A program made the translations under genes and the position numbers. The notes beneath the pieces are model-generated. The model was given only the letters and a program-made list of their open reading frames with translations. It was not told the origin of the DNA and made no database searches. A DNA stretch of 35,959 bases from contig NC_068985.1 in assembly GCF_001194135.2 (NCBI RefSeq), forward strand, positions 37,536,141 to 37,572,099. Reading direction: 5' to 3'. Shown here in pieces: positions 1-11,730 of the stretch. This stretch comes from Octopus bimaculoides (lineage: Eukaryota). Every line of letters begins with the position of its first letter. Positions within the stretch are counted from its first letter, which is position 1.

Positions 1-39
<39 letters not shown>

Positions 40-290
40 TAATGCTGCAATACATGTCTTGCGCGCTTGTCAGTGTATTTCAATAAAATTATAAATATTC
101 TTGAAATTTTCTTAAAAACCCCCCAAAAACAAAAGCAAAAAACACATATACATATATATGTAGGTATTTATTTATTTTTAAATATTATAAAAATCACTCA
201 CACATACACACATAAGCATACACACATCAGCGCGCGCGCGCACACACACATGCAAACATACACATACACCTCACATAACTTTAGATGAAT
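1..290. repeat. (AT)n and (CA)n-rich simple repeat region
   Basis: Pure (AT)n at 1-~40 and degenerate CA/TACA repeats at ~195-275. Confidence 0.85.
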
Positions 291-950
291 TTGGCAACAG
301 AGCGCTCAACAGGAGATGTTGATTATATAGTTCTTCCTGGCACACTAATGCAATTCACATCGTATACATAACCGTAATTCAAAACACGATTTCCCAAATG
401 GGATGAAAGTTCTCCAGCTTTGGAACATTCTAAATATTAGAAGTAGATATTTGTTTATTCTTATAAAGCTTATCAAAGTGCACATCATAATGGAAGTAGA
501 CACAACTGAGTGCAATAAGTTTGAAATATTGTGAGATGGTATTTCTGCAAATAGAATTAAAAAGAAGCGGTATAAATCAATGATGTTTATATCATCAACT
601 GTCATCCGTAAGTATACTGCGTCAATACTAAATCTATTCATTGTATGCGTTAACTGCCTGAGATAGTATTATACGATGTCAGATCGAGGCCGGGGACATA
701 GATATGGAAAGCGGGGGAGATGTCTGTCTATTTCGGCTTTGTCAAAAGCTGAGCAAGTTTTAAATTTCTACCAAAACCTCTTGAGATTCCGCAATAACTT
801 CTTATATGATATGGCTATCTACTTTCTGAAAGTTTCAATATGTGAAAACTGCAGCTGCTGCTGCTGCTGTTGCTACCGATAACGATGACGGCGATGATAA
901 GAACGAGTATGCCTAACAGACACACAAGCGCAGAGACTTGTGATGAGGAG

Positions 951-1080
951 GGGTTGTCGATTATTCTAACACCAGTACTTGAATGGTTATTTTATCGACC
1001 CACAAAGGCTGAAAGGCAAAGTTGACCTCAGTGAGATTTGAACTCAGAACTGGAACAAATACTGCAAGACATTTTATACA
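951..1080 (-). mobile_element. Degenerate family-A tRNA-derived SINE fragment
   Basis: Contains TTTTATCGACCCACAAAGGCTGAAAGGCAAAGTTGACCTCAGTGAGATTTGAACTCAGAAC, a diverged reverse complement of the core and B-box of the intact copy at 18288-18518. Confidence 0.8.
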
Positions 1081-1516
1081 GCGCTGTAATGGTTCTGTCA
1101 ACCCCCCACTTTTTAAATTTGTTTTTTCTTTTGCACTGAACCAGCATGTTGGGAAAAGTAATGTGAAAATCAGCAGGATTTGAACCCGCTACACAAAATT
1201 CCAGTGCGTAAAGAGCAGAACATGTATCTTTAAAAGTGTACTGCAATTTACTTCCAGAATTGCGCATGTAAATTACACGCTAGTTTCAACAATGTTTGAA
1301 CACTGCCGGTGGGGAGTTGGGCAAAATATGTATAATTATGTCAATAAATGAAAGCAGAAAGATATTGAATTATCTTATTATTATTCAATTTATCCCATAG
1401 TAATAACTAAAATTAGATAGAGTTTACTAGTCATACATAATCTTTGTTGATATGAACAAACGTGAGGCCGTCGCGAAGAGGTCCTTTGCTAACCTCCATT
1501 GCATTCTTTCAATAAT

Positions 1517-1597
1517 TCACTGACACCAAGCCTTGGATCTACAGATCCACACAGATCGCGCCTCCTCACATTTTATGTATTCACGTGCATCATGTGC
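1517..1597 (-). CDS. Candidate terminal coding exon (AHDAREYIKCEEARSVWICRSKAWCQ*), unidentified
   Basis: Acceptor gttacctttgcag|G at 1598-1599 and 26 open codons to TGA. Phase-compatible with one reading of the 1943-2016 exon. No homology recognised. Confidence 0.22.
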   Translation of the reverse strand, partial: AHDAREYIKCEEARSVWICRSKAWCQ

Positions 1598-1819
1598 CTG
1601 CAAAGGTAACAACACATTAAGAGTCCAATAACTTTGGCTGTGATCTTTGTAGTTTCTTCCCACCAGACTGCAAGCAGTGTGTGTTAGCAGCTCTACCTAT
1701 TTCTACTCCATGACATCAGTTTTAAAAACCAAGCACAGGCATCCAAATTCTGCTTCATTCGCTGAAGCACACATCCAAAACACATATCGGATACGACTTT
1801 GGTCACCTTCTCGTGTGAT

Positions 1820-1872
1820 TCCGTCACCTTTCGTCACCCTTCGCCACCCTTCGTCATCTTTCGTTACCTTCT
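1820..1872. repeat. Degenerate 10-bp tandem repeat (TCGTCACCYT-like, ~5 units)
   Basis: ccgtcacctt tcgtcaccct tcgccaccct tcgtcatctt tcgttacctt. Confidence 0.8.
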
Positions 1873-1942
1873 CGTGCGAAAACGTATGGAAACTGTCCCC
1901 GCTGACGCAAATTGTTTTCAGAATGTAGACATGTCACCTTAC

Positions 1943-2016
1943 ATGTCTCTGCATGGATAACATTTGGGGGCAAGGAATCGCAACCACTTCCGTTTGGAAT
2001 TCACCGATCCCCAGTA
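1943..2016 (-). CDS. Candidate 74-nt internal exon (YWGSVNSKRKWLRFLAPKCYPCRD or LGIGEFQTEVVAIPCPQMLSMQRH), unidentified gene
   Basis: Long CT-rich polypyrimidine tract followed by caccacag| acceptor; donor AT|GTAAGG; two of three frames open; complex sequence between repeats. Confidence 0.45.
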
Positions 2017-2020
2017 CTGT

Positions 2021-2097
2021 GGTGAGGAAGAAGGAGGAGGAGGAGGAGAAGATGAAGAAGAAGAAGATGATGATAACGATGATGACGATATAAATAC
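2021..2097. repeat. Compound (GGA)n/(GAA)n/(GAT)n trinucleotide repeat
   Basis: Read directly. It supplies the pyrimidine tract of the minus-strand acceptor at 2017-2018. Confidence 0.85.
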
Positions 2098-5000
2098 GAT
2101 GTCTAAACGAAATGTCGAAATGTACATAAATACATGCATATGTGCTTCGTACTTTTTGTTGTACACGTTTCATAACGTCCTGTGCCCACATATGTATATA
2201 TATATATATACGTATAGATGTAAGTATGTACATATACGTATGTATATATGTAAATATATATATATGTATATATATATAATTTATATTATTATTNNNNNNN
2301 NNNNNNNNNNNNNNNNNNNNNNNNNNNNNNNNNNNNNNNNNNNNNNNNNNNNNNNNNNNNNNNNNNNNNNNNNNNNNNNNNNNNNNNNNNNNNNNNNNNN
2401 NNNNNNNNNNNNNNNNNNNNNNNNNNNNNNNNNNNNNNNNNNNNNNNNNNNNNNNNNNNNNNNNNNNNNNNNNNNNNNNNNNNNNNNNNNNNNNNNNNNN
2501 NNNNNNNNNNNNNNNNNNNNNNNNNNNNNNNNNNNNNNNNNNNNNNNNNNNNNNNNNNNNNNNNNNNNNNNNNNNNNNNNNNNNNNNNNNNNNNNNNNNN
2601 NNNNNNNNNNNNNNNNNNNNNNNNNNNNNNNNNNNNNNNNNNNNNNNNNNNNNNNNNNNNNNNNNNNNNNNNNNNNNNNNNNNNNNNNNNNNNNNNNNNN
2701 NNNNNNNNNNNNNNNNNNNNNNNNNNNNNNNNNNNNNNNNNNNNNNNNNNNNNNNNNNNNNNNNNNNNNNNNNNNNNNNNNNNNNNNNNNNNNNNNNNNN
2801 NNNNNNNNNNNNNNNNNNNNNNNNNNNNNNNNNNNNNNNNNNNNNNNNNNNNNNNNNNNNNNNNNNNNNNNNNNNNNNNNNNNNNNNNNNNNNNNNNNNN
2901 NNNNNNNNNNNNNNNNNNNNNNNNNNNNNNNNNNNNNNNNNNNNNNNNNNNNNNNNNNNNNNNNNNNNNNNNNNNNNNNNNNNNNNNNNNNNNNNNNNNN
3001 NNNNNNNNNNNNNNNNNNNNNNNNNNNNNNNNNNNNNNNNNNNNNNNNNNNNNNNNNNAAATATTGTCAACAACAACAAGTAAGATAACGATGATTATTA
3101 TCAATATTACTATGTTGTAAACAAGAAGAACGAAAAAAAAATAAGATGAAATAACAGCAACAACAACTAGAAGAAGGAGATAAGTGAAAAAAAAAAAAAA
3201 AGAATAGACGTTCAAAGTAATGACAATAACATTGTTCTCGTTTAAATGGAGGAACGTCTCGAAGTAGACAAATGAAATATTTCCGTTAATAAAATTAAAG
3301 TTTAATAAATTATATAGGCTGAATTTTGCTTTTCATTCTTTACGATGACGACGACGACGACGATGATGATGATGATGGTGATGATGGTGATGAGAGAGAA
3401 GAGGAGTTAGAGGATGAGCAGGATGAGGAATAGGAGGAGGATGTGGGTTTCTTTTATTCGCACAAGTGTGGTGGATGTAATGTGGATAATAATGAGATGA
3501 AACTATTTCATTTCGTAATATATTGTTTTGAACATTGTTGTTGTTACAACCGTTGTTGCTGCTGCGGTTGTCTTTGTTGTTGTTGTTATTGTTGTCGGTG
3601 TTTTTGTTGTTGTTAGTGATGGTGGGGTGGGGTGGGGTGGCGACGTTGTGACACCAACCAAATCATGTAGAATTCCTGTATTAAATCTAATGCAAGTTAA
3701 ATTCAATGCGATCGACGGTGGTGTTGCTACCCGGATTCTAGTGACACAACAAATAATGGCTTGTGAAGCTCCTAGGAGAACTGAGCAATTAAGTTAAATG
3801 CTTCCATAAGCTTGGGCATAGCTAGCTGATCGTTGTATATAAGCAAGATATTGCAAAGATGGCTACGCTGTTAAATAATTCGCTATGCAAATGCCGAATT
3901 CCGAGTTCGATTTTCGACTGCGGGCAAATTTTGTATTATCAAATCATTTGCCTGTGTGTGCGTGTGTGTGTCTCTCCTCTCTCTCTCTCTCTCNNNNNNN
4001 NNNNNNNNNNNNNNNNNNNNNNNNNNNNNNNNNNNNNNNNNNNNNNNNNNNNNNNNNNNNNNNNNNNNNNNNNNNNNNNNNNNNNNNNNNNNNNNNNNNN
4101 NNNNNNNNNNNNNNNNNNNNNNNNNNNNNNNNNNNNNNNNNNNNNNNNNNNNNNNNNNNNNNNNNNNNNNNNNNNNNNNNNNNNNNNNNNNNNNNNNNNN
4201 NNNNNNNNNNNNNNNNNNNNNNNNNNNNNNNNNNNNNNNNNNNNNNNNNNNNNNNNNNNNNNNNNNNNNNNNNNNNNNNNNNNNNNNNNNNNNNNNNNNN
4301 NNNNNNNNNNNNNNNNNNNNNNNNNNNNNNNNNNNNNNNNNNNNNNNNNNNNNNNNNNNNNNNNNNNNNNNNNNNNNNNNNNNNNNNNNNNNNNNNNNNN
4401 NNNNNNNNNNNNNNNNNNNNNNNNNNNNNNNNNNNNNNNNNNNNNNNNNNNNNNNNNNNNNNNNNNNNNNNNNNNNNNNNNNNNNNNNNNNNNNNNNNNN
4501 NNNNNNNNNNNNNNNNNNNNNNNNNNNNNNNNNNNNNNNNNNNNNNNNNNNNNNNNNNNNNNNNNNNNNNNNNNNNNNNNNNNNNNNNNNNNNNNNNNNN
4601 NNNNNNNNNNNNNNNNNNNNNNNNNNNNNNNNNNNNNNNNNNNNNNNNNNNNNNNNNNNNNNNNNNNNNNNNNNNNNNNNNNNNNNNNNNNNNNNNNNNN
4701 NNNNNNNNNNNNNNNNNNNNNNNNNNNNNNNNNNNNNNNNNNNNNNNNNNNNNNNNNNNNNNNNNNNNNNNNNNNNNNNNNNNNNNNNNNNNNNNNNNNN
4801 NNNNNNNNNNNNNNNNNNNNNNNNNNNNNNNNNNNNNNNNNNNNNNNNNNNNNNNNNNNNNNNNNNNNNNNNNNNNNNNNNNNNNNNNNNNNNNNNNNNN
4901 NNNNNNNNNNNNNNNNNNNNNNNNNNNNNNNNNNNNNNNNNNNNNNNNNNNNNTATATATATATATATATACATATATACCTTGATAAATATCTATGTAT

Positions 5001-5414
5001 AGGTGTATGTGTGTCTATATATGCATATGTACTTTTACTGAATGAAATCCAGTATTTATTCGCTTGTAATGACACAATAACTAGTCTGCCGTGAATTCAA
5101 AAGACTACATGGTTCCTAACGTTTACTTAAGAGCTATCAACATGAGGTGGCTGTTTGAGTCCATTTTTATCATTCCTAGCGTATTAATGGACTTAAAGCA
5201 GGTGCCTGTTTGACAATTACACAAACACACACACACGCATGCACACACATACACATACACAAAACAAACGCATATACACATATTTACGCAAATAGATATA
5301 CATATATGCATAACTATGCAAATATATATATATATATATATATATTTACATGTGCTTTTGTGCATATATCTACATATATATTGTAGATATATACATGTTC
5401 ATATATACATGCAT

Positions 5415-5477
<63 letters not shown>

Positions 5478-5791
5478 CACATACATTTATATGTTCAAAC
5501 ATACATACATATTCAGAGAGACACACACAGACACACATACACACATGCACACACACGCACACACACACATAAACATACAAACATATAAATATGAAAGGCA
5601 CATACACCGGCGCACACAACACATTTTGCTGTGTGTTTGTTCGTAAGTAAACGGCAAACACATACAAAATAAAGCACTCATTATGCTCAGTAACTGAGTT
5701 GCTGTAAATCCAATATGTGCTGTTTCGATTCTAGGTGAATGTATTAGCCAGTTGGATCAGCTAGAATATTTGGTATTATATTCAGCTCGAA

Positions 5792-6006
5792 TCGAAATAT
5801 TCTTTTCTGTTCTTGGCCCGAAATTTTTTGGGAGGAGGCCAGTCGATTAGATCGACCATAATATGCAGTTGGTACCTAATTTATCGACCCCGAAAGGATA
5901 AAAGGCAAAGTAGACCTCAGCGGAATTTGAGCTCAGAACGCAAAGACAGACGAAATATTGCTAGGTATTTCGCCCGGCGTGCTAACGTTTCTGCCAGCTC
6001 GCTGCC
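5792..6006 (-). mobile_element. Family-A tRNA-derived SINE, tail-B type (unit 1 of a tandem pair)
   Basis: Head GGCAGCGAGCTGGCAGAAACGTTAGCACGCCGGGCG, B-box-like GAGCTCAAATTCC, core CCTTTCGGGGTCGATAAATT, tail AAAAAATTTCGGGCC...AGAAAAGAATATTTCGA. Confidence 0.92.
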
Positions 6007-6232
6007 TCGAAATATACTTTTCTACTCTAGGCACAGGGCCCGAAATTTTTTGGGGAGGGGACCAGTCGATTAGATCGACTCCAGTACGCAACTAGTACTT
6101 AATTGATCGACCTCGAAAGGATGAAAGGCAAAAAGTCGACCTCGGCGGAATTTGAACTCAGAACGTAAAGACAGACAAAATACCGATAAGTATTTCGCCC
6201 GGCGTGCTAACGTTTCTGCCAGCTCGCCGCTT
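6007..6232 (-). mobile_element. Family-A tRNA-derived SINE, tail-B type (unit 2 of a tandem pair)
   Basis: Same structure as 5792-6006, head-to-tail with 215-bp periodicity; B-box GAGTTCAAATTCC. Confidence 0.93.
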
Positions 6233-6405
6233 AGATGTTCAAATGATATTGACTCAGTAACTTAGTGCTTAAAGTATTTTCAGTACATACGATGTTCTAT
6301 TGCACTTTTTGGCGAGTATTTGATTTCGACTACAATCTTGCTAGTTTATGTCTTGTTGATATAAATCGGCAGAGCTTAAGTCGATACCGGCACTTTGCTT
6401 TGGGG

Positions 6406-6706
6406 CAGTACTACTGAACGTGATGGTCCGTAGACTGGTGCCGGTCCGCGAGCCCTCAGCTGCTGGTACGCGGCGAGTTTCCAGAAAAGAAAGAAACATT
6501 ATAAAATGCTTATAAAATACTTATGTAATATTGTTTTATTCGTTTACAAAATGTAAGATTAAAAAATTCGTCAACTTTTATTATATTCATTATATATATT
6601 GTTTCCGGTATAAATTAATATTAATAAGAAATACCATCGGTCCCAGGCACACTGGAAAAAAAGAAAAACTGCCGGTACGCCACATCAGATAGTTTGGGAA
6701 GCACTG
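6406..6706. mobile_element. Non-autonomous hAT (Charlie-like) MITE, 301 bp
   Basis: Termini CAGTACTACTGAACGT ... AGTTTGGGAAGCACTG form an imperfect TIR of the CAGTG type. Subterminal TGCCGGT(C/A)CGC motifs occur at both ends. 8-bp flanks CTTTGGGG and CTTTAGCG match 6/8, consistent with the 8-bp TSD of hAT elements. AT-rich non-coding interior. Confidence 0.8.
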
Positions 6707-6832
6707 CTTTAGCGGACTTGAAGAATGAAAGGCGGAGGAGATTCTTGTGGAATCTAAATCCATAATGTATGAGATTTGGAATATTTAGCAATAAGTATTT
6801 TATCTGATATTTTAAGGAAATTATGTTGACGT

Positions 6833-7035
6833 CGACGCGATTTGAACTCAGAACGTAAAGAACCAGATAAATACCACGTGACATTTACTTTCCTGTACTC
6901 TAACGTTTCCGCCAATTCACCGTTTTACACACGCTGTTTAACAATCCCTTCTACTTTAGGCACAAGGCCTGAAATTTTGCGCGAGGAGCTTGCCGATTAC
7001 ATTGACCACAATTCTCAACTGGTACTTATTTTATT
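6833..7035 (-). mobile_element. Degenerate family-A SINE fragments (head of one copy and tail-B of another)
   Basis: GATTTGAACTCAGAACGTAAAG...TAACGTTTCCGCCAATTC followed by CTTTAGGCACAAGGCCTGAAATTTT...CAACTGGTACTTATTTTAT. Confidence 0.75.
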
Positions 7036-7867
7036 CGTCTCGCATTTTGTCCGGCGATCTATCAGCTTGACGCCTTAGTTGCAATTTAATGATATAAATG
7101 AATATAGTAATTTCAAATCATCTTCTGGCATCAAGAGTTTTCACCGTCAATACTAGAGAGAGTATATGAAGTGTGTGAAATGTCAATCTTTCTCTTCAAA
7201 TAAGATGGAAAATCAGTGATGATGATGACGACATCTGTGACGAAGATAGAAATAATCAAATTAGTCAATAATTCCCTTCTGATTCATAGATATTAATATG
7301 ACTTTTCTCATTTCAGTCCATTATTTAATGTATAAAAAGCGCAAGATTTCCTGCGAGTAGGTTATTGGTCATTCAGCGACAATTGTAGCATTTCTAGTCA
7401 GAGAAACTGCTGTTAATGAAATACTCAAACAACATTAATAAGGAAATCAATAATTTAATGATACTACTTATCTCGTAGTGTTTCGAATTGCAAACAATGT
7501 TGCAATCAACACTAAATATATCATATTGTAATATAATAAACTTTGTTCCTCAGGAAGGTGTTATATTTATGGAGCGAAAGTGAAACTGTATTACTATAAA
7601 TTTATACAAGCGTGAAAAGAAGAACAATTTACAGAAACAGGCAATTTTGTCTTTCGTTGAGAGTAACACCTTATTGTGAGCAATGCGTGTAATGCCGGAT
7701 GATGTTCATCACTAATCTTAAGCGGTGAATGGGAAGAATTGCCAGTGTCTGAAATACAATACCTTAAGAAATTTGCTTCAGCTCTCTGGACTCAGAGTTG
7801 AGATCCCACTTAACTCAGCTTCGTCGCCCTTTTCTCCAAGTTGCCAAATAATAATACCAGTTGAATG

Positions 7868-8567
7868 TAACCGGATTGTTACAACGCTAAATGTAAAAGG
7901 AGGGCCCCACAGAATTATAAGATGCCAGTGGTAAAATCCTTACTTAAAAGGCCATTTAGATTCACGTCCACAAACGAAGCACCAGAGAAAGAAATCCTGA
8001 GAATAAGCAAACATATATTAAGAAACAATATTTCAACAGACTAGTAGACCGTGCTATAAGTGATTATAGACACAGCTGTAATACGACGAATACATCATAG
8101 AGTACATCCAATAAAAACTCACAGATCATGCATAAATTCATTATAGTGATCAAATGCCTAGCAACTATCGAACAGAGGAATCCATAAGCAAAATCCTTAT
8201 GCAGCTAAATACAAATGAAATGTATCACGCCCGTCCATAAATTAAAACTGAGTCTTCAATACAAAAACACCAAAACCAAAAAAGCTCTTTTAACAGTACG
8301 CAAGCGTGTACAACTGAGGACTGGCTGATAAAGACCAATGTCATCTACTAGAATTTGACTGTAAAACTGAAAGTTGTAAAATTTAATTCTTCAGCTGTTT
8401 GTTATATTGGGTATATCAAAAGCCCCATGAACTTAAACACGAATGTATCCCGCCCATCCATAAATTAAAATTGATTTTACATTGCAAAAGCACCAAACCC
8501 CAAAAGCTCTTCACACTGGCGTCGAACAAACCGGAGACTCCCTGATAATGACCAATGTCATCTACTA
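7868..8567 (+). pseudogene. Penelope-like retroelement fragment (RT thumb plus GIY-YIG endonuclease remnant), frameshifted
   Basis: Frames give PQNYKMPVVKSLLKRPFRFTSTNEAPEKEILRISKHILRNN and NRLVDRAI, resembling the PLE RT C-terminus, then NVIY / EFDCKTESCK / CYIGYIKS, matching the VIY..C..C..YIG motif of PLE GIY-YIG domains. Confidence 0.78.
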
Positions 8568-8569
8568 CA

Positions 8570-8776
8570 GTGGAGGCGCAATGGCCCAGTGGTTAGGGCA
8601 GGGACTCGCGGTCATAGGATCACGGTTTCGATTCCCAGACCGGGCGTTGTGAGTGTTTATTGAGCTAAAACACCTAAAGCTCCACATGGCTCCGGCAGGG
8701 GATGGTGGCGAACCCTGCTGTACTCTTTCACCACAACTTTTCCTCACTCTTACTTCCTGTTTCTGTTGTGCCTGTA
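8570..8776 (+). mobile_element. Family-B tRNA(Arg-like)-derived SINE, 3' part lost in N gap
   Basis: A-box TGGCCCAGTGG and B-box GGTTTCGATTCC. Near-identical to the reverse complement of 25870-26034. Confidence 0.92.
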
Positions 8777-9198
8777 NNNNNNNNNNNNNNNNNNNNNNNN
8801 NNNNNNNNNNNNNNNNNNNNNNNNNNNNNNNNNNNNNNNNNNNNNNNNNNNNNNNNNNNNNNNNNNNNNNNNNNNNNNNNNNNNNNNNNNNNNNNNNNNN
8901 NNNNNNNNNNNNNNNNNNNNNNNNNNNNNNNNNNNNNNNNNNNNNNNNNNNNNNNNNNNNNNNNNNNNNNNNNNNNNNNNNNNNNNNNNNNNNNNNNNNN
9001 NNNNNNNNNNNNNNNNNNNNNNNNNNNNNNNNNNNNNNNNNNNNNNNNNNNNNNNNNNNNNNNNNNNNNNNNNNNNNNNNNNNNNNNNNNNNNNNNNNNN
9101 NNNNNNNNNNNNNNNNNNNNNNNNNNNNNNNNNNNNNNNNNNNNNNNNNNNNNNNNNNNNNNNNNNNNNNNNNNNNNNNNNNNNNNNNNNNNNNNNNN

Positions 9199-9237
<39 letters not shown>

Positions 9238-10088
9238 ATATACATACATACGTATATACCAGATCGTTTATTTTACTAGACGGAGCATACCACCAACAGA
9301 TATACACCCACACGCGTATATGTATATATATGCGTACGCGTGTATGTGTAATTACATATATGTGTGTGAGTGTATGTATGTGTATAAATGCATCGAAACA
9401 CACACACACACACACACACAAACACATATCCATGCATTCACATATATATGAATGCAAACATATGCTTAGATTCATCGATAGGCATACATAATATAAACGT
9501 ACATACATACATACATACATACATACAAACATACATTCATACATACATGCGTGCATGCATTCATGCATACGTATATACATGCGTAGATAGCCTTAGGTCA
9601 AATTTCCTTAAATGATTTTATCAGATAAGTAAACTTACAAATTTACTCCCAAGAGCCATTTGTAATTATGTGTTACGTAAATATTTCTAAGCGTTTAATG
9701 CTGTTATTGTTGGTCTGTTATTTGTTTTTATAGAGTCATTGCTAGCGTTTTAGTTGTTGTTGATATTCCTGTTCATTCAACATTGATATTTAGTGCTGTT
9801 GTTGCTGTTGTTGTTGTTGTTGTTGTTGTTGTTGCCGTCAGTGCTGTATTTTTGAATTAAAAAAAATAGAGGTAAACTTTAAACACGACTATAAAATTAC
9901 TCTGTCGAAAGACGAAAAAATAAATTTTTATTTAAATGCAATGAATTAAAATGTCAACTATTTTGTGCGGGTGTTCCAGTTCTATAACTATTTGTAATAC
10001 TATTTGTATGTATGTATGTATGTATGTATGCATGTATGTATGTATGTATGAGCGCATGTATGAATATGTATGGATATATGTATGTATG

Positions 10089-10124
<36 letters not shown>

Positions 10125-10291
10125 GACATATATATATAGACATATATATATAGACTCGAACACACATACACACACACACACAACCACATATATGTATGTG
10201 TGTGTGTGTTCGCGTATGATCGTGTTCCTATGGGTATATTCGTTACTTGAGTAGTAGTGTCTATACCATGTAGTATCTATTTACATGTATT

Positions 10292-10354
<63 letters not shown>

Positions 10355-11142
10355 NNNNNNNNNNNNNNNNNNNNNNNNNNNNNNNNNNNNNNNNNNNNNN
10401 NNNNNNNNNNNNNNNNNNNNNNNNNNNNNNNNNNNNNNNNNNNNNNNNNNNNNNNNNNNNNNNNNNNNNNNNNNNNNNNNNNNNNNNNNNNNNNNNNNNN
10501 NNNNNNNNNNNNNNNNNNNNNNNNNNNNNNNNNNNNNNNNNNNNNNNNNNNNNNNNNNNNNNNNNNNNNNNNNNNNNNNNNNNNNNNNNNNNNNNNNNNN
10601 NNNNNNNNNNNNNNNNNNNNNNNNNNNNNNNNNNNNNNNNNNNNNNNNNNNNNNNNNNNNNNNNNNNNNNNNNNNNNNNNNNNNNNNNNNNNNNNNNNNN
10701 NNNNNNNNNNNNNNNNNNNNNNNNNNNNNNNNNNNNNNNNNTATATATATATATATATATATATATAAACATATATATACACGTGTCAGTTTGCAATGTT
10801 TATTTCATGTCGCAAAATCAAAAAACAAGAAAATAATTAGGAAAATAAAATGAAATAAAAGTAAATAAAACAAACGACAATGAAAAACGAAATCAGAAGA
10901 AAAAAAAAATACAAATGTTAAGGAAGTAAAAATGGTGGATTGGTGTCGAGGAAAATCAGATAAGTGAATGAATGAATAGAGAGATAAGTCAAATATTAGA
11001 TAAATAAGAATATAAATCACATTCTCTCTTTCCGCAAAATTTAGTGACTAAATAGTTTGATGATGATTGCTTTGAACAAATAACATGATTTATTGGAAAG
11101 ATTGCGAGTGCCTTGGCATGAGAGTGTGTGTATATGTCTGTA

Positions 11143-11175
<33 letters not shown>

Positions 11176-11366
11176 GTAAAGCGAGAACGAGAGAGAGAGC
11201 GAGAGAGAAAGAGAGAGGGGGAGAAGTGATGGAGACATCTGATACGTAAATTTTCTGTGTGTTTATAAGTATTGGATAATATCGCAGTCGAATTTCTCTG
11301 CCTGTCCCTCTGTTTGTCTCCGTATCTCCGCATTTAGCATTCTCTCACTACCTCGCCTTCGGTACG

Positions 11367-11420
<54 letters not shown>
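11367..11420. repeat. (TATC)n microsatellite
   Basis: Read directly. Confidence 0.95.
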
Positions 11421-11421
<1 letters not shown>

Positions 11422-11689
11422 GTGTTTGTCTGTCTGTCTATATGTACAAATAGAGACTCTCTTACACCCTCTCTCTCTTTCACTCTCTCTCTCTCATACA
11501 AACACACTTTCNNNNNNNNNNNNNNNNNNNNNNNNNNNNNNNNNNNNNNNNNNNNNNNNNNNNNNNNNNNNNNNNNNNNNNNNNNNNNNNNNNNNNNNNN
11601 NNNNNNNNNNNNATATGTATGTGTGTGAGTGTGTGTGTGTGTATTTGTGTGTATAAGAAGATATATTTATGTATTTATGTATATACCAT

Positions 11690-11730
<41 letters not shown>

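Noticed and set aside
345-882. ORFs 345-641 (-) and 676-882 (+)
   Set aside because: No recognisable domain, the best-looking acceptors lead to early stops, and the poly-Cys is a (TGC)n repeat.
1934-5094. Long ORFs (300-411 aa) in the ORF track, and similar ones at 8565-9491, 10257-10853, 26456-27175 and 32782-33726
   Set aside because: They are open only because they cross N gaps (X residues) and microsatellites.
5123-5681. YI/HT/CV/YLSI-repeat ORFs here and throughout the window
   Set aside because: These are translations of (TA)n, (CA)n, (TACA)n and (TATC)n microsatellites.
8570-8645. tRNA-like sequence (also at 16453, 25960-26034 and 31731)
   Set aside because: A- and B-boxes are present, but the sequence continues into SINE bodies and lacks a proper cloverleaf. 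These are SINE heads, not tRNA genes.
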